Assembly: GCA_013265495.1 (NCBI GenBank)
Contig: MU058037.1
Coordinates: 683,498-747,497, forward strand
Direction of reading: 5' to 3'
Source: Vicugna vicugna
Taxonomy: Eukaryota
Length of the DNA: 64,000 nt
The position numbers were made by a program, and so were the translations under genes. The stretch's first letter is position 1; the number at the start of each line of letters is the position of its first letter. Below the pieces are notes generated by a model, which was given only the letters and a program-made list of their open reading frames with translations, did not search any database and was not told the DNA's origin. This document shows, one piece after another, positions 12,660 to 26,280 of this stretch.

Positions 12660-13010
12660 AACATAGGTGCCCACATACTCATCCATCCGACTTCTTTATC
12701 TTGGATTCAGTGTTATTTGGGTGCCATGTGACTGATTCTGGCAAGTAGCAAGTCGGCAGATATGATGTATCCCTCTCCAGGGCATCACCATACATACTTC
12801 TCCATGAAAATCCTCAGGAATGGCTGTATTATAAGATGAAAGGAGCCTGGATCCCAGAGTTACACTAAGAGGGGATCTGTCAAGGAGAGTCAGTTGTCCG
12901 GCTGACACTGGGCTATGAAATAACTGAGAAATAAACCTTTTTCCAGTAATTCACTTAGATTTTAGAGTTTTTGTCACAGCAACATAACTTCAGCTATTCT
13001 GATCATTACC
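12660..13010 (+). mobile_element. MaLR LTR fragment (MLT1J/K-like)
   Basis: aagatgaaaggagcctggatccc...gagaaataaacctt...agattttagagtttttgtcacagcaacataac. Confidence 0.6.
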
Positions 13011-13174
13011 ATCATCAATAAATGTCATAGAATGCAATGTCAGGAACTGGATGACATTACTTTGAAGTTTGAGGGGTTTTTTTCCTTTCGTTTTAATTGT
13101 GTTTTCACAGAGGACCAGCAGTTTTTGTGAGGTTGGAAGAGAGTATAAGATAAAACTTTATAGAAAGAATAACA

Positions 13175-13420
13175 ACTACCATTAATTGAATCCTTACTAC
13201 TTACCTGGCAATGTGCCAAATAATTTATAAGCCATATATACTGGATTGCTCCCAGCAACCTTATGAAAGAGGTACTATTCAGTCATCACCATCTATCTAT
13301 TAGGAACTCGAGGTCTAGATATGAGAAGACACTGAATTAAAATTCTAGAGCAGATGAGTTCCAGAAACAGGACTTGAACTCAGGTCATTCTTTCTCCAAA
13401 TTTCATACTATGAACAACGG
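13175..13420 (-). mobile_element. MIR SINE
   Basis: Reverse MIR: accattaattgaatccttac..tgtgccaaa..cagcaaccttatgaaagaggtactatt..ggacttgaactcaggtc. Confidence 0.6.
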
Positions 13421-16400
13421 TGCTTGACTTAACTTTAAAGCTTCCAAGAACAAACCAGTTTAGTAGAAATTAACTCTAACTGTAGTCAGTAATTGTAAAG
13501 ATTCCTGTGCTTTCCTGCCATATTTTCCACATTTTTATAACTCTTACTCTGCCATAGAGAGTGGGCTTACCAAGGCAGTGTGAGCTGGGAGATACTCTCA
13601 CTGTGATTATTTGCCTGTGGATGCTTTAATATTATCACTGCCAAGAAAGCAAACTCTAAAGAGAAAAGGGGGAAAAAGTCTGAGAACAGGCTCTGTGATA
13701 TACATTAAATAGACCTTAAAATCATTCAGAGTTCTGGCAAACCAAAGTACGCTGAGTTGCTTGTATCTGTGTGAATTTGAAAGTCCACTACCATGTCACA
13801 GGTGAGGATTTGAAATGCCTGAATATGGGTCAATGCACTGTGGCTATTTAGGTATTCCAAATGGCATGCAGGGCTTGATGTGTGATTGTCACTTAACAGA
13901 ATTTGCAAATGGCATATTTATCAGACATTGATGAATCTCAAAAGATTGAGAGGTTCAAATAAGCATCCCGAGACTCTGAAGCTCATCGTTTGCACTTCTA
14001 AACGTGTTAAGGGCTTCCCTTTTTAGTTTAAAAGCAAACTACTTTCATGATGCCTTCTGAGTGTGGAATTTTTTGTTACAAAATCTTCTTTTCATGAATT
14101 AGAGGAAGATTGGACTGTATAGTCTGTTTGGAAAACAAGGAGTCTTTAAGGACAATATAATATAGTGAAAAGAAAAAGCATCAAAGAAGAGAGGTGAAAT
14201 GGAAGAGGAAAGACAAGAAAAATCAGAAATAGAGGCAGAGGGGGAAAAATACATCTAGAATGGAAGAAAGGCATAAAGGAAGAATACTTTTTTTTAAAGG
14301 AGCATGTTCAACTATTTATAATTTCCATGAAGAAATACCATTAAGCTTAAGAATATTCTACATTAAAGAGAGCTTAAGGAAAGAGAGTCAGTCTGTAAAT
14401 GTTTTTCTTACTAGAGGGAAAGACCATGATTAATAATGCAAAGCAAAAGATAATCCTAAAACATTCATTTTGTACTCATTTTCGGGATGCGTTTAGAAGT
14501 ACTGCCTCTTATATATACTGACATAAAGACGTCCATTTTGTGCTCCCTCTCAGTCCTTGCCCACTGTAAGCAAATGGGGGCACATGGAGGAGTCCACCCC
14601 TACTCACATTCCATGATGATACAGACTTTTATCTAAACCACATGAGAAGGATGGAATTAATATGATTGCCTCATAGTCCTCAGTAAGCTACAAAGGTTTT
14701 CTTTTTGAAAAGCAGATGAGATAATATGCCTGTGGTATCAGGATGATGTTCCCTGTCAGCAGAAGAAGAGAAAGAAGAGATAAAAGAGAAAGTCCTTTTA
14801 ATCTGAATTACTTTGTGACTGGAAATTCACAAGTACAGCCTGGAAGGTCTGGACAGCTACTGCAGTGCTGCTCATAGGAAGCTGATAAGCAGTGCCATTT
14901 ATTTCCATCATTTCAGGATAACTCTAGGAAGGCCACCTACAGGTGAAAGGAGAAGGAAAGAGAAGCAGGAAGTCTCAGAGAATATCTCTTCGGATCGTCT
15001 GGCTTTACCCCCATTTATTACCTCTGTCCTTATTCCCATCACCACTCCCCCATCCTCCTTACCCACCTTAGTGCACAAGTGAAAGACTTAGTAGTACAGC
15101 TGACTGAGAAAAAGAGATAATGCACTTAATAGTGACAATTGAGATGAATTCCAAAATCTGCCCATGGATTTATGTTAAGTGTCTGGCTCAGCTCCAAGCA
15201 TATCATTGGCACACGAGATATTGGTTTTCTTCCTTTCTTATCACCCCTACTCTTTCTAATCTCCAGTTTATTAGGTTGGTTTATTTGGGGTTGGCATCTG
15301 GGAGTAGGTTGACTAGATATCTGTATAGTCTTTTGCCTCAACAGAATAGGCTACAGATACCAAAAGTTTGAGAACCACAATTCTGTGAAATGTGCAATAA
15401 CTTATCAAAACCAAGAGTAGTCATTTGAGCCTCTGTTCTTTCTCTTACCATTTCTAACACATTTCTAGTAAAAGGATTTTGTCACTGAGATATTTTATCT
15501 CATAAAGTTGTTGCCTTGTTTTTTCCTCAAAATAAACTGACATGAATAGTAACAAAAGCAAAAGCAGTGACTTTTTTGCATTGAGAAAGTACAGCCATTG
15601 GTCAGTAACTGGAGTGATTTTTCATATATAATCTTATTTTATACTTACAACAACTTTCCTAGGTGTTATTATTATTCCTTACTCATTACTTTCAGATTAT
15701 ATTTAAATAAAATGAATAAGAACACTGGTAAATTATCAGGAAAAAATATTCAATACATTTCCAAACCCTACCAGAAGTTCCATTAATCTTTACTGAAAAG
15801 CAAGTTCAAGATTGCAGTGTTGCTTTAATAAGCATGAGCTAACCATAATACGGCTGAGCTAAAGAATGTCGATGACTCATTTTATGATCACTCCCCCCAC
15901 ATTGCCTGCCTTTAGCTAACACTATCAAGCAGTTCCTTATGTTACCATTTAAACTCATCCAAATAAATTAATTGATGGAAAGATATTGGAGATTATGTAA
16001 TTACTTCCTCTGGCTCTGGTGGTGTTGCCATCTGACTTCCAGGCAGCAAGATGAGATCTAAATTAAATGCAAATAATTGTTCACAATTAGGAAATGAAAT
16101 GCCTGGAGAACCCCATGGTATTTTAAACAAGCTGATGCACTTGCCCATCGATCAACAGTTGAGACTTTCTAACATGTGCTTGGCTAAAGTCCCAATGATG
16201 ACATTGTGCATAGCAACAAGTTCCCCTTCTACATCACAGACGATAATTTGCAAGGATACATCCTTCAGTAAGATGTGAACTTTTGCAGGAGTATGTACAT
16301 AAAAAATATTCTTTGTTCAAGTTCGTGAGGGGTACTAGATGGTTGATTTTAGGTCATGAAGTGACTTGTGATACACAATTTTACTTAAATAATCATTTAA

Positions 16401-17234
16401 GGTAATCATCTTGGATATGTTGAGGACAGATCAAGAGTTTTTTCAAGGGAAAACATGTCTACCCTTCTGTCAGGGCATTTAAGCTAGTGAGTTTTGTGTT
16501 GCTTTGTTTTTGTTCCAAGGCAGAGAAGCTGTTCATTTTTAAGATGTTTCTCAGGATCCTTGGTGATGACCTTGATGGCAGCAGATCCATCCATACCTAT
16601 AATGACCACATCTAACCAATAAGAAGGCTTCATTGCCTTTGAACATGCTAAAAAGATGCTACATTTTCAAAAGAGAAAAGGGCAGAATAATGAAGGCAAA
16701 ACATAAGCCTGAAAGAAGAAAATGTTTCCAAAGAAAATGACCTTAATAGGCTAACAGCCTAGATGGGTATGAAGGTTTTTACAAACACTATTAGTATTCA
16801 TTTAGTATAGGTAGCAGACAGCAACAAGAATTGGAAAATAACTTGGATGTGATCACTGAAGGAACAGAGGGAGGCAAAAAACCAAAGCTTCTTCCTGAGC
16901 ACAAATCTCAGTGTCACCAGAGAGCACAATTGAAATGTCCTCCTTTCATGATTAGCAACCATCTAATCAAGGACACGGAGTGCCTGCCAAGTCTATATAC
17001 ATGTCATGACGAAAAATGGAAAAGTTTATGCAATGATGTTTTCAACCTATTGTATGCACCAGGTTAAGAAAAATATTAAAAAGTAGTTATTTGGGGGGAT
17101 GGAGAAGTGGGTAGTTCTTTTTAAATGAAGAGAAAGTCTTGAGAAGTTATTGTTTAAGATATCCAAAGCTTCAGTATTTATGTACAGGGAGCTAAGGTAG
17201 GAGTGTGTAGCGATAAAAGAGGGAAAATCCCCGA

Positions 17235-17261
17235 TACATACATACATACATATATACATAC

Positions 17262-17291
<30 letters not shown>
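17235..17291. repeat. (TACA)n/(TA)n compound microsatellite
   Basis: Directly visible. Confidence 0.9.
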
Positions 17292-17292
<1 letters not shown>

Positions 17293-17539
17293 ACAGACTT
17301 AAATGAAACAGGTGTTCAAGGAAACAGTCCTGTTTTTTCAATGTTAGAGACATAAGTGTTTTTTTCTTTCCTAATGAATAATCATCTATTGTTGAGGAGA
17401 TCCCAGAGGAAGAAGAAGAGGAAAATAGGTTGGTTTGGGTCAGTAGGATCTGAAAACAATGATGAAACACACTTTGAGAAAGGGGCTGGATTTACATTTG
17501 AAGTCGTGGTGACATTACAAATAAAGCTGTGCTCTCACC

Positions 17540-18035
17540 ACTTAAGTAAGCATGAGAGAGGTCAGAATTAGCATGAACTTTCTGAAATGCAGATCTGATG
17601 ATGTTCCTCTCTGACATAAAATTGACTCCTTGACAATCTGTCAAAACTTGGTTCTCAGTTCCATCTCTCTTTCCCTGCATTTTGCCACATTTTCCTCCCC
17701 AAACCCTACACATTACGGTAGCTTTCAGCTTCATAGAAACTCGGCCTTTTCTCAGTACACTGTGCTTTCCTATGCCTCTAAGCTTTGCACACAATGTTCC
17801 AGTGATTTCAAAATCTCTCCTTCTCCCCTCATCCATTTTTTAAAGCTTGGCCAAAACTTCCATATACAAAGTTATTCACTCCCTGTGAGAGCAGCTGTGT
17901 ATACTCTGTTACAATACTCATCACATATATGTTAATTGCTTATGTTCATTTCTGCTTCCAACAGTGGACTTCTTGCTCTTCAAGGACAAAGATTCTGTCT
18001 TAGCGATCTTTGGATCCCAAAGACCCATTACGTGC
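17540..18035 (+). mobile_element. L2 fragment
   Basis: tttctgaaatgcagatctgatgatgtt...ctttgcacacaatgttcc...cttcaaggacaaagattctgtctt. Confidence 0.7.
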
Positions 18036-18039
18036 CAGA

Positions 18040-18300
18040 GGAAGCAATATAGTACAGTAGTTAAGAGCAAAGACTATGGAGTCAGAGGGTTGGCTTCAAA
18101 TCCTTTCTCTTCTGCTCACTAATTATGTGACCATCAGCAGGTCCCTTTGAATTTCAACTTTATCATCTACAATGATTATTATAATACTCACCTAAATAAT
18201 ATTTACTAGATAGAACTGGATAAAAGAATACATGTCAAATGCTTAGCACATTACCAAGCGCATAGTAGTACTTAGTAAATTGTACCTATTTTTATCACTA
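18040..18300 (+). mobile_element. MIR SINE
   Basis: gcaatatagtacagtagttaagagcaaagactatggagtcaga..ttcaaatcc..ctcactaattatgtgacc..gcttagcaca..catagtagtacttagtaaat. Confidence 0.8.
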
Positions 18301-18395
18301 TAATACATTCTAAGGAAAGAAAGTTGTGCTATTGTATCTCTCTTAGGATGAAGAGGTAAAAAAATAATGAAACAGTGATAAAAAGAAAGTCACAA

Positions 18396-18649
18396 GGGGA
18401 GGGTATAGCTCAGTGGTAGTGTGTACCTAAGATGCACAGGGTCCTGGGTTCAATCCCCAGTACCTCCATTAAAGATAAATAATTTAAAAAACCTAATTAC
18501 CTCCCTCCCCCAAAATAAAAAATAAATAAATAAATAAAAATCTTTAAAAATATACATATATTTTAAGATTTTTATTTATATAAAAATATATATATATTTT
18601 AAGATTTTTATATATATATATATATATAAAAGATATGTTTAAAAAAGAA
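18396..18649 (+). mobile_element. tRNA-Ala-derived SINE (vic-1-like), copy 3, with expanded AT-rich tail
   Basis: Head 18396-~18468; 14-bp TSD aaaaagaaagtcac at 18380-18393 and 18650-18663. Confidence 0.93.
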
Positions 18650-19065
18650 AAAAAGAAAGTCACTGTTTCATGCTGACTTCTATTGAAATGAGAATACTGG
18701 ATTTGAATAAAAAAGGAATTATTTTTTTAAAAAAGGAATTATAAATGAAGAAGTGTGAGATTTGAGCCCAGACATTTAAAGTGTGCAGGAGAAAATCAGA
18801 AAATAATGCTGTTAGTTACTAATTAGATTAATCAAAAAAAAAACTTTCTTTGCATTACCAAAGTGTATTAAGAGGGAATAGGAAGGAAAATAAAAATATT
18901 TGTTGACAAATATCTCATTGCAAATACTTTCACATAGATCATCTCAGTTAATCCTCTCTGGAAGGAGATACTGGTTGAGATACAGGTTGAGAAAAGTTAA
19001 GTTACCCTCAAGTAACTTGCTGCAAGATGTCAGATAGAGCCCCCGCCCACGTCTATGAGCCATGT

Positions 19066-19420
19066 TTATTCATTCATTTATTTATTTATTCATAGAAACA
19101 AATGTTTACTAAATTCCTGTATTGTTCCAGGTTTTGAGCAGTGAGTGGTGGTCAGAATAAACAAAGCCCCTGCCCCCAAGGAGTTTATATTTTATTGGAG
19201 GAGACATAAAATAAGTTCATAAAAAATAAACAAGACTAATACAATAAAGAGTGATGACAGAGGTGCATCTGACTTAGGTTGGATAGTCTGGAAAAGCCTG
19301 TCTAAGAAGTGACACTTGGGCTGAGACCTGAATGAGGAGAAGGCACCAAGAGCATTCCAGAAAAAGTAATAAATACTACAACTCTGAGGCAGAAATAAAC
19401 TTGTTTAGTTAGAATACCAG
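19066..19420 (-). mobile_element. L2 3' end
   Basis: ttattcattcatttatt..aaatgtttactaaattcctgtattgttccagg..caaagcccctgcccccaaggagtttatatt..gtgacacttgggctgagacctgaatga. Confidence 0.8.
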
Positions 19421-20989
19421 ACAGAAAAAAAGATGGTGAAAAACCCATGTTCTTCCATTATGTTTTACCAACAAGAAACAAGGATAAAGATGGTCAAGAA
19501 ACCTAGAAAAGAGCTAATGTCATGCAAAGAAATGTAAATGGAAGGCATGAAGCAAGATGTCAATAAAGCAGGGCTGCCTTTAGGTTGTGGTCCTTAGCCT
19601 TGAAGATAAAGAAACTACATTTTGTAAAGACCTTCAAGTAGAACATTTGGTGAGACTTGCTCACAATGATTCTACATTAAGGCTGGAGTCTATAAACTGA
19701 AATACCAATCTATTAGATTACAATGTGAAATATCACTGCCCAGCCCTCCCCCAGTAGAGACTTGGCTGTGGTCATAGAGCAAATGTATTTTCTCCCTATT
19801 GTCATATTACATAGGAAAGCAAATTACTATTATCAGGCTTCTTTGTGAGTAAGAAATTAGAGCAAAGAGAGAAGTAGTAATACAAAAATTTCCTACATCA
19901 GTCTCAGATGGTCCATAACAGGAATATACCTGCCAGATGAGCAACAGTGTAGCATTTGCTTGCCCAGGCACTCTCTCTGTTTTTCAGCATTTGGAAAAGC
20001 TTGAATTGAGCTGGCTTCTCAAGCACTCCTTATTTTCCCTTGTATTCCCAGTGCCTGCCTAGCATACCCTGAGGTTCAAAGTCAGTCTTAATAATGCTTG
20101 AAAAGAAAATGTATTAATGAATGACCTCTTACAGTTGATACCTTCTTTTTAAAATATACTTCTTCTTTCCTTTGAAACAGTCTTTTTTTTTTTTCCCTGA
20201 TCAAGAAACTAATACTGTGTGCTTTAAAGTGACTTTGCATTTCTCTGTTCTAATCCTGCGTGTGTTTGTATATATGATGTTCAGGCTGAATTCTGAGCTA
20301 AGAAATTCACTTTTGGGGGAAAAACATAATAGAAAATCTGATAGGCATTGTGGCCCAGGAAAATTGTCTACTATGCAAAATGAAAGAATGAGTACTCAGG
20401 GAGGATGTCTTGATTCCCAGAAACACTTTGGGTTTATTATATATTTTTAATGTTTACAAGCTGATCCCTTACATAAACCCTGTTTCAGTTCCCATAAATA
20501 TCTCAAAATAACAGTGTCTTGGGATGATCTTGAGCTCCCAAAGATTACAAAATAGTCTTTGTCCAGAGTTACTCATTACTTTCTCAACTCACCTTTCAAC
20601 TTTCAAATATATTAAGGTCTGCATTCAACTAGCAAGAAATTTAGACTTCTGTCCAACCTAAAAAGACCATATAATGTAAGCCGTAATTACTTTACAGAAG
20701 AATACTGATTCCCCTACTAGATCTTAACCAACTACACTATAATAAAACACTCTAGGGATAGAGAGCCCGCTGAAGCTCCCCGCAAAACATAACGTAAGTT
20801 ACATTTGACCACAACAATAACATAAGACCACTCTCTGATGGAGGATCTATGCTTTCAACTTACATCTAGATGTAAGACATTTCAGGGAGTGTGATGCCTT
20901 TTGAGGTTATACTGTGGTTTTAGAAACACAACTGAATTGTGAATGAAACCATGTTTTTCAGGCACTTTAATTCCTAAACTCTATTTCTT

Positions 20990-21152
20990 TGTTAGTGGTG
21001 GTGTTTTTTGTTTTTTTGTTTTTATTTCGGTGAGGTGGTATTAGGTATTTATTCATTCATTTAGTTAGTTATTTTAATGGAAGTACTGGGGATTGAACCC
21101 AGGACCTCTAGCATGCTAAGCATGCGCTCTACCACTGAGCTATACTCTCCTC
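20990..21152 (-). mobile_element. tRNA-Ala-derived SINE (vic-1-like), copy 4
   Basis: Reverse head gtactggggattgaacccaggacct..gcatgctaagcatgcgctctaccactgagctata; flanking repeat ctctatttctt at 20979-20989 and 21160-21170. Confidence 0.92.
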
Positions 21153-23079
21153 TCAGACTCTCTATTTCTTGATAGTCACTCTATTTACTGATTTTTCTCA
21201 GGAGACATGTGGGTAGTTACTGATACCCAGCAGGGAAATTATTCAGGAATTTTTATTTTCTCCTCTTTTTCAAAATATTTATTTAAAAGGTAGCAGACAC
21301 ATATGATAGCTAAAAATGCCCTGAAACAGACTTGTGTTTAATGTTACTTGCTTATCTTTTGTAAGATTATTCAGAGTACATTTCAGACTCCCTACAAGGA
21401 TACAGCCAAAGTATTGATTATTTTAATCCTTGGAGATGAAATGCTGCTTAGACTAGTGAGTTGAAGATCCTAAACTAGTAATAGGCTATTTCCATGTCTC
21501 TCTAATATTCAGCCAAACTAATACTACGGATGTCTTGTGTCTGAAAGATTCATGCATTATTTCTGTGATTCTTTTAGTTGGTTTCTGTTCATTGTAAAGA
21601 ATTTTAGTTTGCTTTTTAATATTCTTCAATCATATTTTTCATCTTCTGATTTTATTCTTTATTAAAATGTAACCATACCTTCTTTTCTAGCTCTATTCTT
21701 ACACATGTGTGTGCAATGTGTTTTGCATCTATCAGAAGCAACATACAGCTAACGCAAACACACTCAAAGATCTTTGGTATCTGGCATTAAATGTTATCCT
21801 TACAGATATCTTCTTTAAAGGTCCTTTGTACCTTTTGAAAAGAGAGGCAAGACAGTTTTAAGCAGTTTTGTAAATATGTCAAGTAAAAATGATGCTGATA
21901 TTTATTTGTAGGGGCATTTACCATATTTAAATGCACAAACATTTGACCATTTTTAGCCTGCCTTCAAATTGAATGACAAATTTCTTCCAAAGACCACAGA
22001 ATAATTATTATGGAGAATATTTTCAGTGGATATATCTCAAAACGAAAAAGGGCATTTGAAGGGCAGTTTAACTCTTGAACAAATATTGAGAATATTTCAA
22101 ATAATCTAAGGAAGAAGAAAATTCATCCCAGAACATAAATCTGTTGGGCAAAAAATCCTTTTCAGTTCCATCACCGTGTGATACTTTAATGGATCTGGGA
22201 GAGAAGTAAAACGCGATAATTAAAGGGAAAAAAAGGCAAATTCAAGAACTCCAGTAATATTAGTGTGAAAATGGATATCTTGGCAGAAGCAAGGCAGAAG
22301 TCTAAGTAAATGATTTTGTAATGGACCCATCTGTCTGATTTGCACAACCATCCTATAACCTGGCACAACTTTTTGTATGTTGGGCTAAAAAGAACCTAAG
22401 GAATTGGAATTCTTCATGGACACTAGGTAAATACTCTTTGTTCTCATTTGTCTTGAGTTATAACTGATCATGATGGCTTGAAAAGTCTTGGTGAATAATT
22501 TTCCAAGAGCAGGCTGCCAAATTCCAAGGGACAATACTTGCAATGTATCTATTCATTTGCTTCCTTTCTTTCCTCTTTTGCAAACCAAAGTTAATTGCCT
22601 GTGGTTGGTTATCCCAATGAACTGAGCGTCTCAAATTTAAACTGCAGGTGATATATGTAGCCTTACAGAATGTAAGAAATATTTGTTTGGTGCAAATAAA
22701 TCAACACCTTGTATGTTTTGGTTTATAAGACTTCCTTCTGTGCTCTCCCAGTGCCCCTCCTTACCATCATGTAGTCAGCCATGGTCATAGAGCACCTATG
22801 TGCTAGTGTGTTGTCTTTTGTAAGATTCCTCAGAGTATACGTCCCTTGTTGTATGCTAGGCACTAGAGCCACAAAGATGAGAAAGCAAGATTGCCATTCC
22901 CAAGAAGCTCCGTATATAGTGAGGTAGACAGACATGCAAACACATAATTATAACAAAGTATTAACTGGTAGTAAAATGAAGTTAGATAAAAGGTCCTATG
23001 AGCACATGGAAGAGTTCCAAAGAAAGGTCTAAAAGAGAAATGATGTACTAAATTTGTTTTTTAAATCTGTGATGTAATA

Positions 23080-23300
23080 ATAACAATAGCTACAATTTAT
23101 CGAGTGCTTAAAAAATTTCAGACACAGTGCTAAGCACCTAATATAATTTACTTTATTTAATCCTTTTGATGACCCAAGAGATAGATATTATCATTTCCTC
23201 CATTTACATAGGAGAAAACTTGAGCAAGAAGAATTTAGATAAGGTTCTCACGGTCACACAGCTAATCAGCGAAGCCAAGGCTTGGGTCAGAAAATATGTC
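23080..23300 (-). mobile_element. MIR SINE, preceded by an L2 piece at ~22840-23050
   Basis: aatagctacaatttatcgagtgctta..agtgctaagcac..tttaatcct..ccatttacataggagaaaact..cacggtcacacagctaat. Confidence 0.75.
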
Positions 23301-23319
23301 CATTGTCAAGATATTGTTT

Positions 23320-24895
23320 TCTCTTTAATTTTTTTAACTTTTTGTTTTAAAATAATTTTACCTTAAAGTAACATTGGAAGAGTAATACAAAGAATTCCTT
23401 TACATCCTTATCCAGGTTCCCCAGTTTTTTATATTTTTTTTATCATATTTGCTTTATCATTCCCTTTCCCTCTCACTAGGTAGGTAAATTTATGATTTTT
23501 CCTCTGCATCAATTGATAGTAAGTTTCAAGCATGATGCCCCATTATCTCTTCTATAGGCTGAACGTGTCCCCTCAAAATTCATATGTTAAATGTTAACAT
23601 CAAATGTAATGGTATTAGAAGGTGGAACTTTGCGAAATGACTAGGTCAAGAGGGTGAAGTCCTCATGAATGAGATTAGTGCCTTTATGGAAAAGACCCCA
23701 GAGAGCTAGCTCTGGGGCCCCTTCTGCCATCTGAGGACACAGTAAGAAGATAGCCATCTATGAGCCAGGAAGCTGGCTCTCACCAGACACCAAATTGGCT
23801 AATGCCTTGATCTTGGAGTTCCCAGCCTCCAGAACTGTGAGAAATAAATCTCTTCTGCTATAATATTTTTTATTATAGTAGCCTGAACTAACTAAGACAA
23901 TTTCTGAATACTTCAGGGTTTATTTCCAAAATGACAAGGACGCTCTCCTATGTAATCACATTACAACCACCAAAATCAGGAAAATAACATTGATCCAATA
24001 CAGCCATCTAATCAATAGACCTTATGAAAATATGCTAATTATCCTAATAATGTGTTTCATATTAAATAGGTATTTTTTTTGTTCTGTTCTCAGAGCCAAT
24101 CCAGAATCATGTGTTTCACTTAATTGCCATGTCTCTTTGGTCTCCTTTAATCTGGAATAGTTCCTCAGCCTTTCTTTGTCTTTCATGACTGGCATTTTTG
24201 AAGAGCACAGGCCAGTTGTTTTGAGGACTATCTTTCAATTTGAGTTTTTCTGCTGTTTCCTCATTAGATTCAGGTTGTGCATTTCAGGCTAGAATACCGA
24301 TTGTGTCCTTCTCAGTGCATACATCAGGAGGCCATGATGTCAGACTGTTATATTACCGGTGATGTTAATGCTGGTCACTTGCTGAAGGTGGTATCTACCA
24401 GGTTTCTCCACTGCAAACTTACTATTTCTCCCTTTTTAATTAATAAACATTTTGTGGGAAGATACAAATATTTTGTTCCTTGATAAATATTCACCCACTA
24501 GTTTTAGAGTGATACTTGCCTGAGTTAATTTTTACTATTATGGTTACTAAATGGTAATTTTCTAATTTTCTAATTCCATCATTTTGTCTACATTCATTAG
24601 TTGACAATCTACCCTAATGAAGAGCTTTCCTCTCTCCCATATTCATTTTCATATTTCTTTTACTATTTATATTTGTATGGAATCATGAATTTATGTTGTA
24701 TCAATGAGTTATTTATTACTATCATAATTTACTTTGCTGCTCCAATTGTCCCAGACTTTGTCACAGGTATCCCCTTCAAGGTTGTTCCTGTGTTCTATGA
24801 ACATGTCTTGAGCATTTACTTTCTGACACCACAAAATATTTCAGGTGTACCCTTTTACTTTCCCTGCCCCAGCCATGGAATCAGCCATTTTTCTG
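23320..24895 (-). mobile_element. L1MC4/5-like 3' UTR, interrupted by a MaLR LTR
   Basis: Reverse L1MC-type text (aaaatcaggaaaataacattgat, tctcctttaatctggaatagttcctcagcc, gtatctaccaggtttctccactg, cccagccatggaatcagccattt). Confidence 0.8.
23550..23899 (+). mobile_element. MaLR solo LTR (MLT1A/MST-like)
   Basis: gtcccctcaaaattcatatgtt...ctcatgaatgagattagtgcc...gccttgatcttggagttcccagcctccagaactgtgagaaataaat...actaagaca; 5-bp TSD atctc/atttc. Confidence 0.9.
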
Positions 24896-26059
24896 AACTA
24901 GGCTCTTGTTCTTAACTTTTCTTTTTGGCCACTCACCAGGTCTTATGTTTATCCATATATGAACATGAGTAATACAGAAATCCCGAAATCCCTAGTAAGC
25001 AGCTGTCTTCACAACTACTACAGGAAATTTAAAACTCACTAACCTAGCTTGAAATCACTGTAAAATTTCCTAAAATGCCTTCTAAATCCCCCAAAAGGAA
25101 TGACTTGGGCCCTAGGAAGATAAAAGATGATGAAAAGGAGAGCAAGAAAAGGAAAAGAAAGGAAAAAAAGAACAAGAAAAGTCATAGAAACAGATTTTTT
25201 TAGTACCTTTCCTGCGTCTGGCACCAAGATAGTTTCATGTGTAACTTCTCATTATATCTCTGCAGCCATTTCTCATGGTTGAGCTTATGATCCTCACTTA
25301 ATAGATAAGGTAATAGAGGTTTGGGATTTCTTTGACTTGCTCCATCCTACACAGCAAGGCAGAGAACTAGGAAGTGACTCTAACTAGATCACGTTTTAAA
25401 CCAGTCTTCTCCCACCCAATGCTGCCTCTATACAGTTTTAATGCTAATTCACTTCCTACATTCTGTTTCTTCAACTGGCCATCCCTCTACAACTTACATA
25501 GTAGTTCTTTATTTACCCATTTCCCAAATACCAGAACACCTTATGCTCAGACAGATGATAAAGACTTTCCTTAGCTCTAAGAACAACCTGTTACAACAAA
25601 CATTTCCTTGAATTAGGATTCACCACTTGCTTTTTAGGTTAGCTTTATTTTCTGAACTGTGAAGCACTGTACTCTAGAACCACTTGACATAAAACAAACA
25701 GCCTTTATTTGGCAGGTTGTTATTAATGCCTCCTTTAATAAACACTATACTTGGTGTCTCCATTTTTTAAAGAAGACTATAAAATTTGGGAGGAAAATGC
25801 AGTTCACTCATCAGTAGACAATTTGAGAGAATAGGGAATTTTTATTTCTCTAACAGGGCGGAACTAAAATGTCTGATTAAATAGCAAAGCAAGGTGATGT
25901 TTATGGTGTTTATTCTGTGCACAAATTGATTACAGATCAAAAGCAGGATACATCTACAGATGTGTCCTAGCATGTTAAAGCCATCAGGATTCAGGCAGGG
26001 TTGTGCGAAACCTTTGGTGAAGTATGATGGAACACTTCCTAATAGAGCAACTAAGAATA

Positions 26060-26280
26060 GAGAATAACTAATGTTTGCACACTTAAAGCAGTGTATTCAC
26101 CTGAATTTGCATCTCAAAATAACTCTGAAGAAGAGTGGGTGTATCACCTCGTCCTCATTTTACAGGTGAGGAATATTGAAGTTCAAAGAGATGAAGAGAT
26201 TTGCCTAAGATCTCACAGCTAATAAACTGGCAGTTGATACTCAAATCCTGCTTAATGTTCTTTATACCCCACCATGATTT
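26060..26280 (-). mobile_element. MIR SINE
   Basis: cctcattttacaggtgaggaatattgaagttcaaagagatgaagagatttgcctaagatctcacagctaataaa (reverse MIR core). Confidence 0.75.

Noticed and set aside
18709..18741. aaaaaaggaatta repeated around a short T run, as a minimal retro-insertion
   Set aside because: Low-complexity sequence; simple slippage explains it equally well.
21900..22430. Possible exon or processed pseudogene (AG at the start, GGTAA at the end)
   Set aside because: Stop codons in all plus frames I translated and no recognisable protein similarity.
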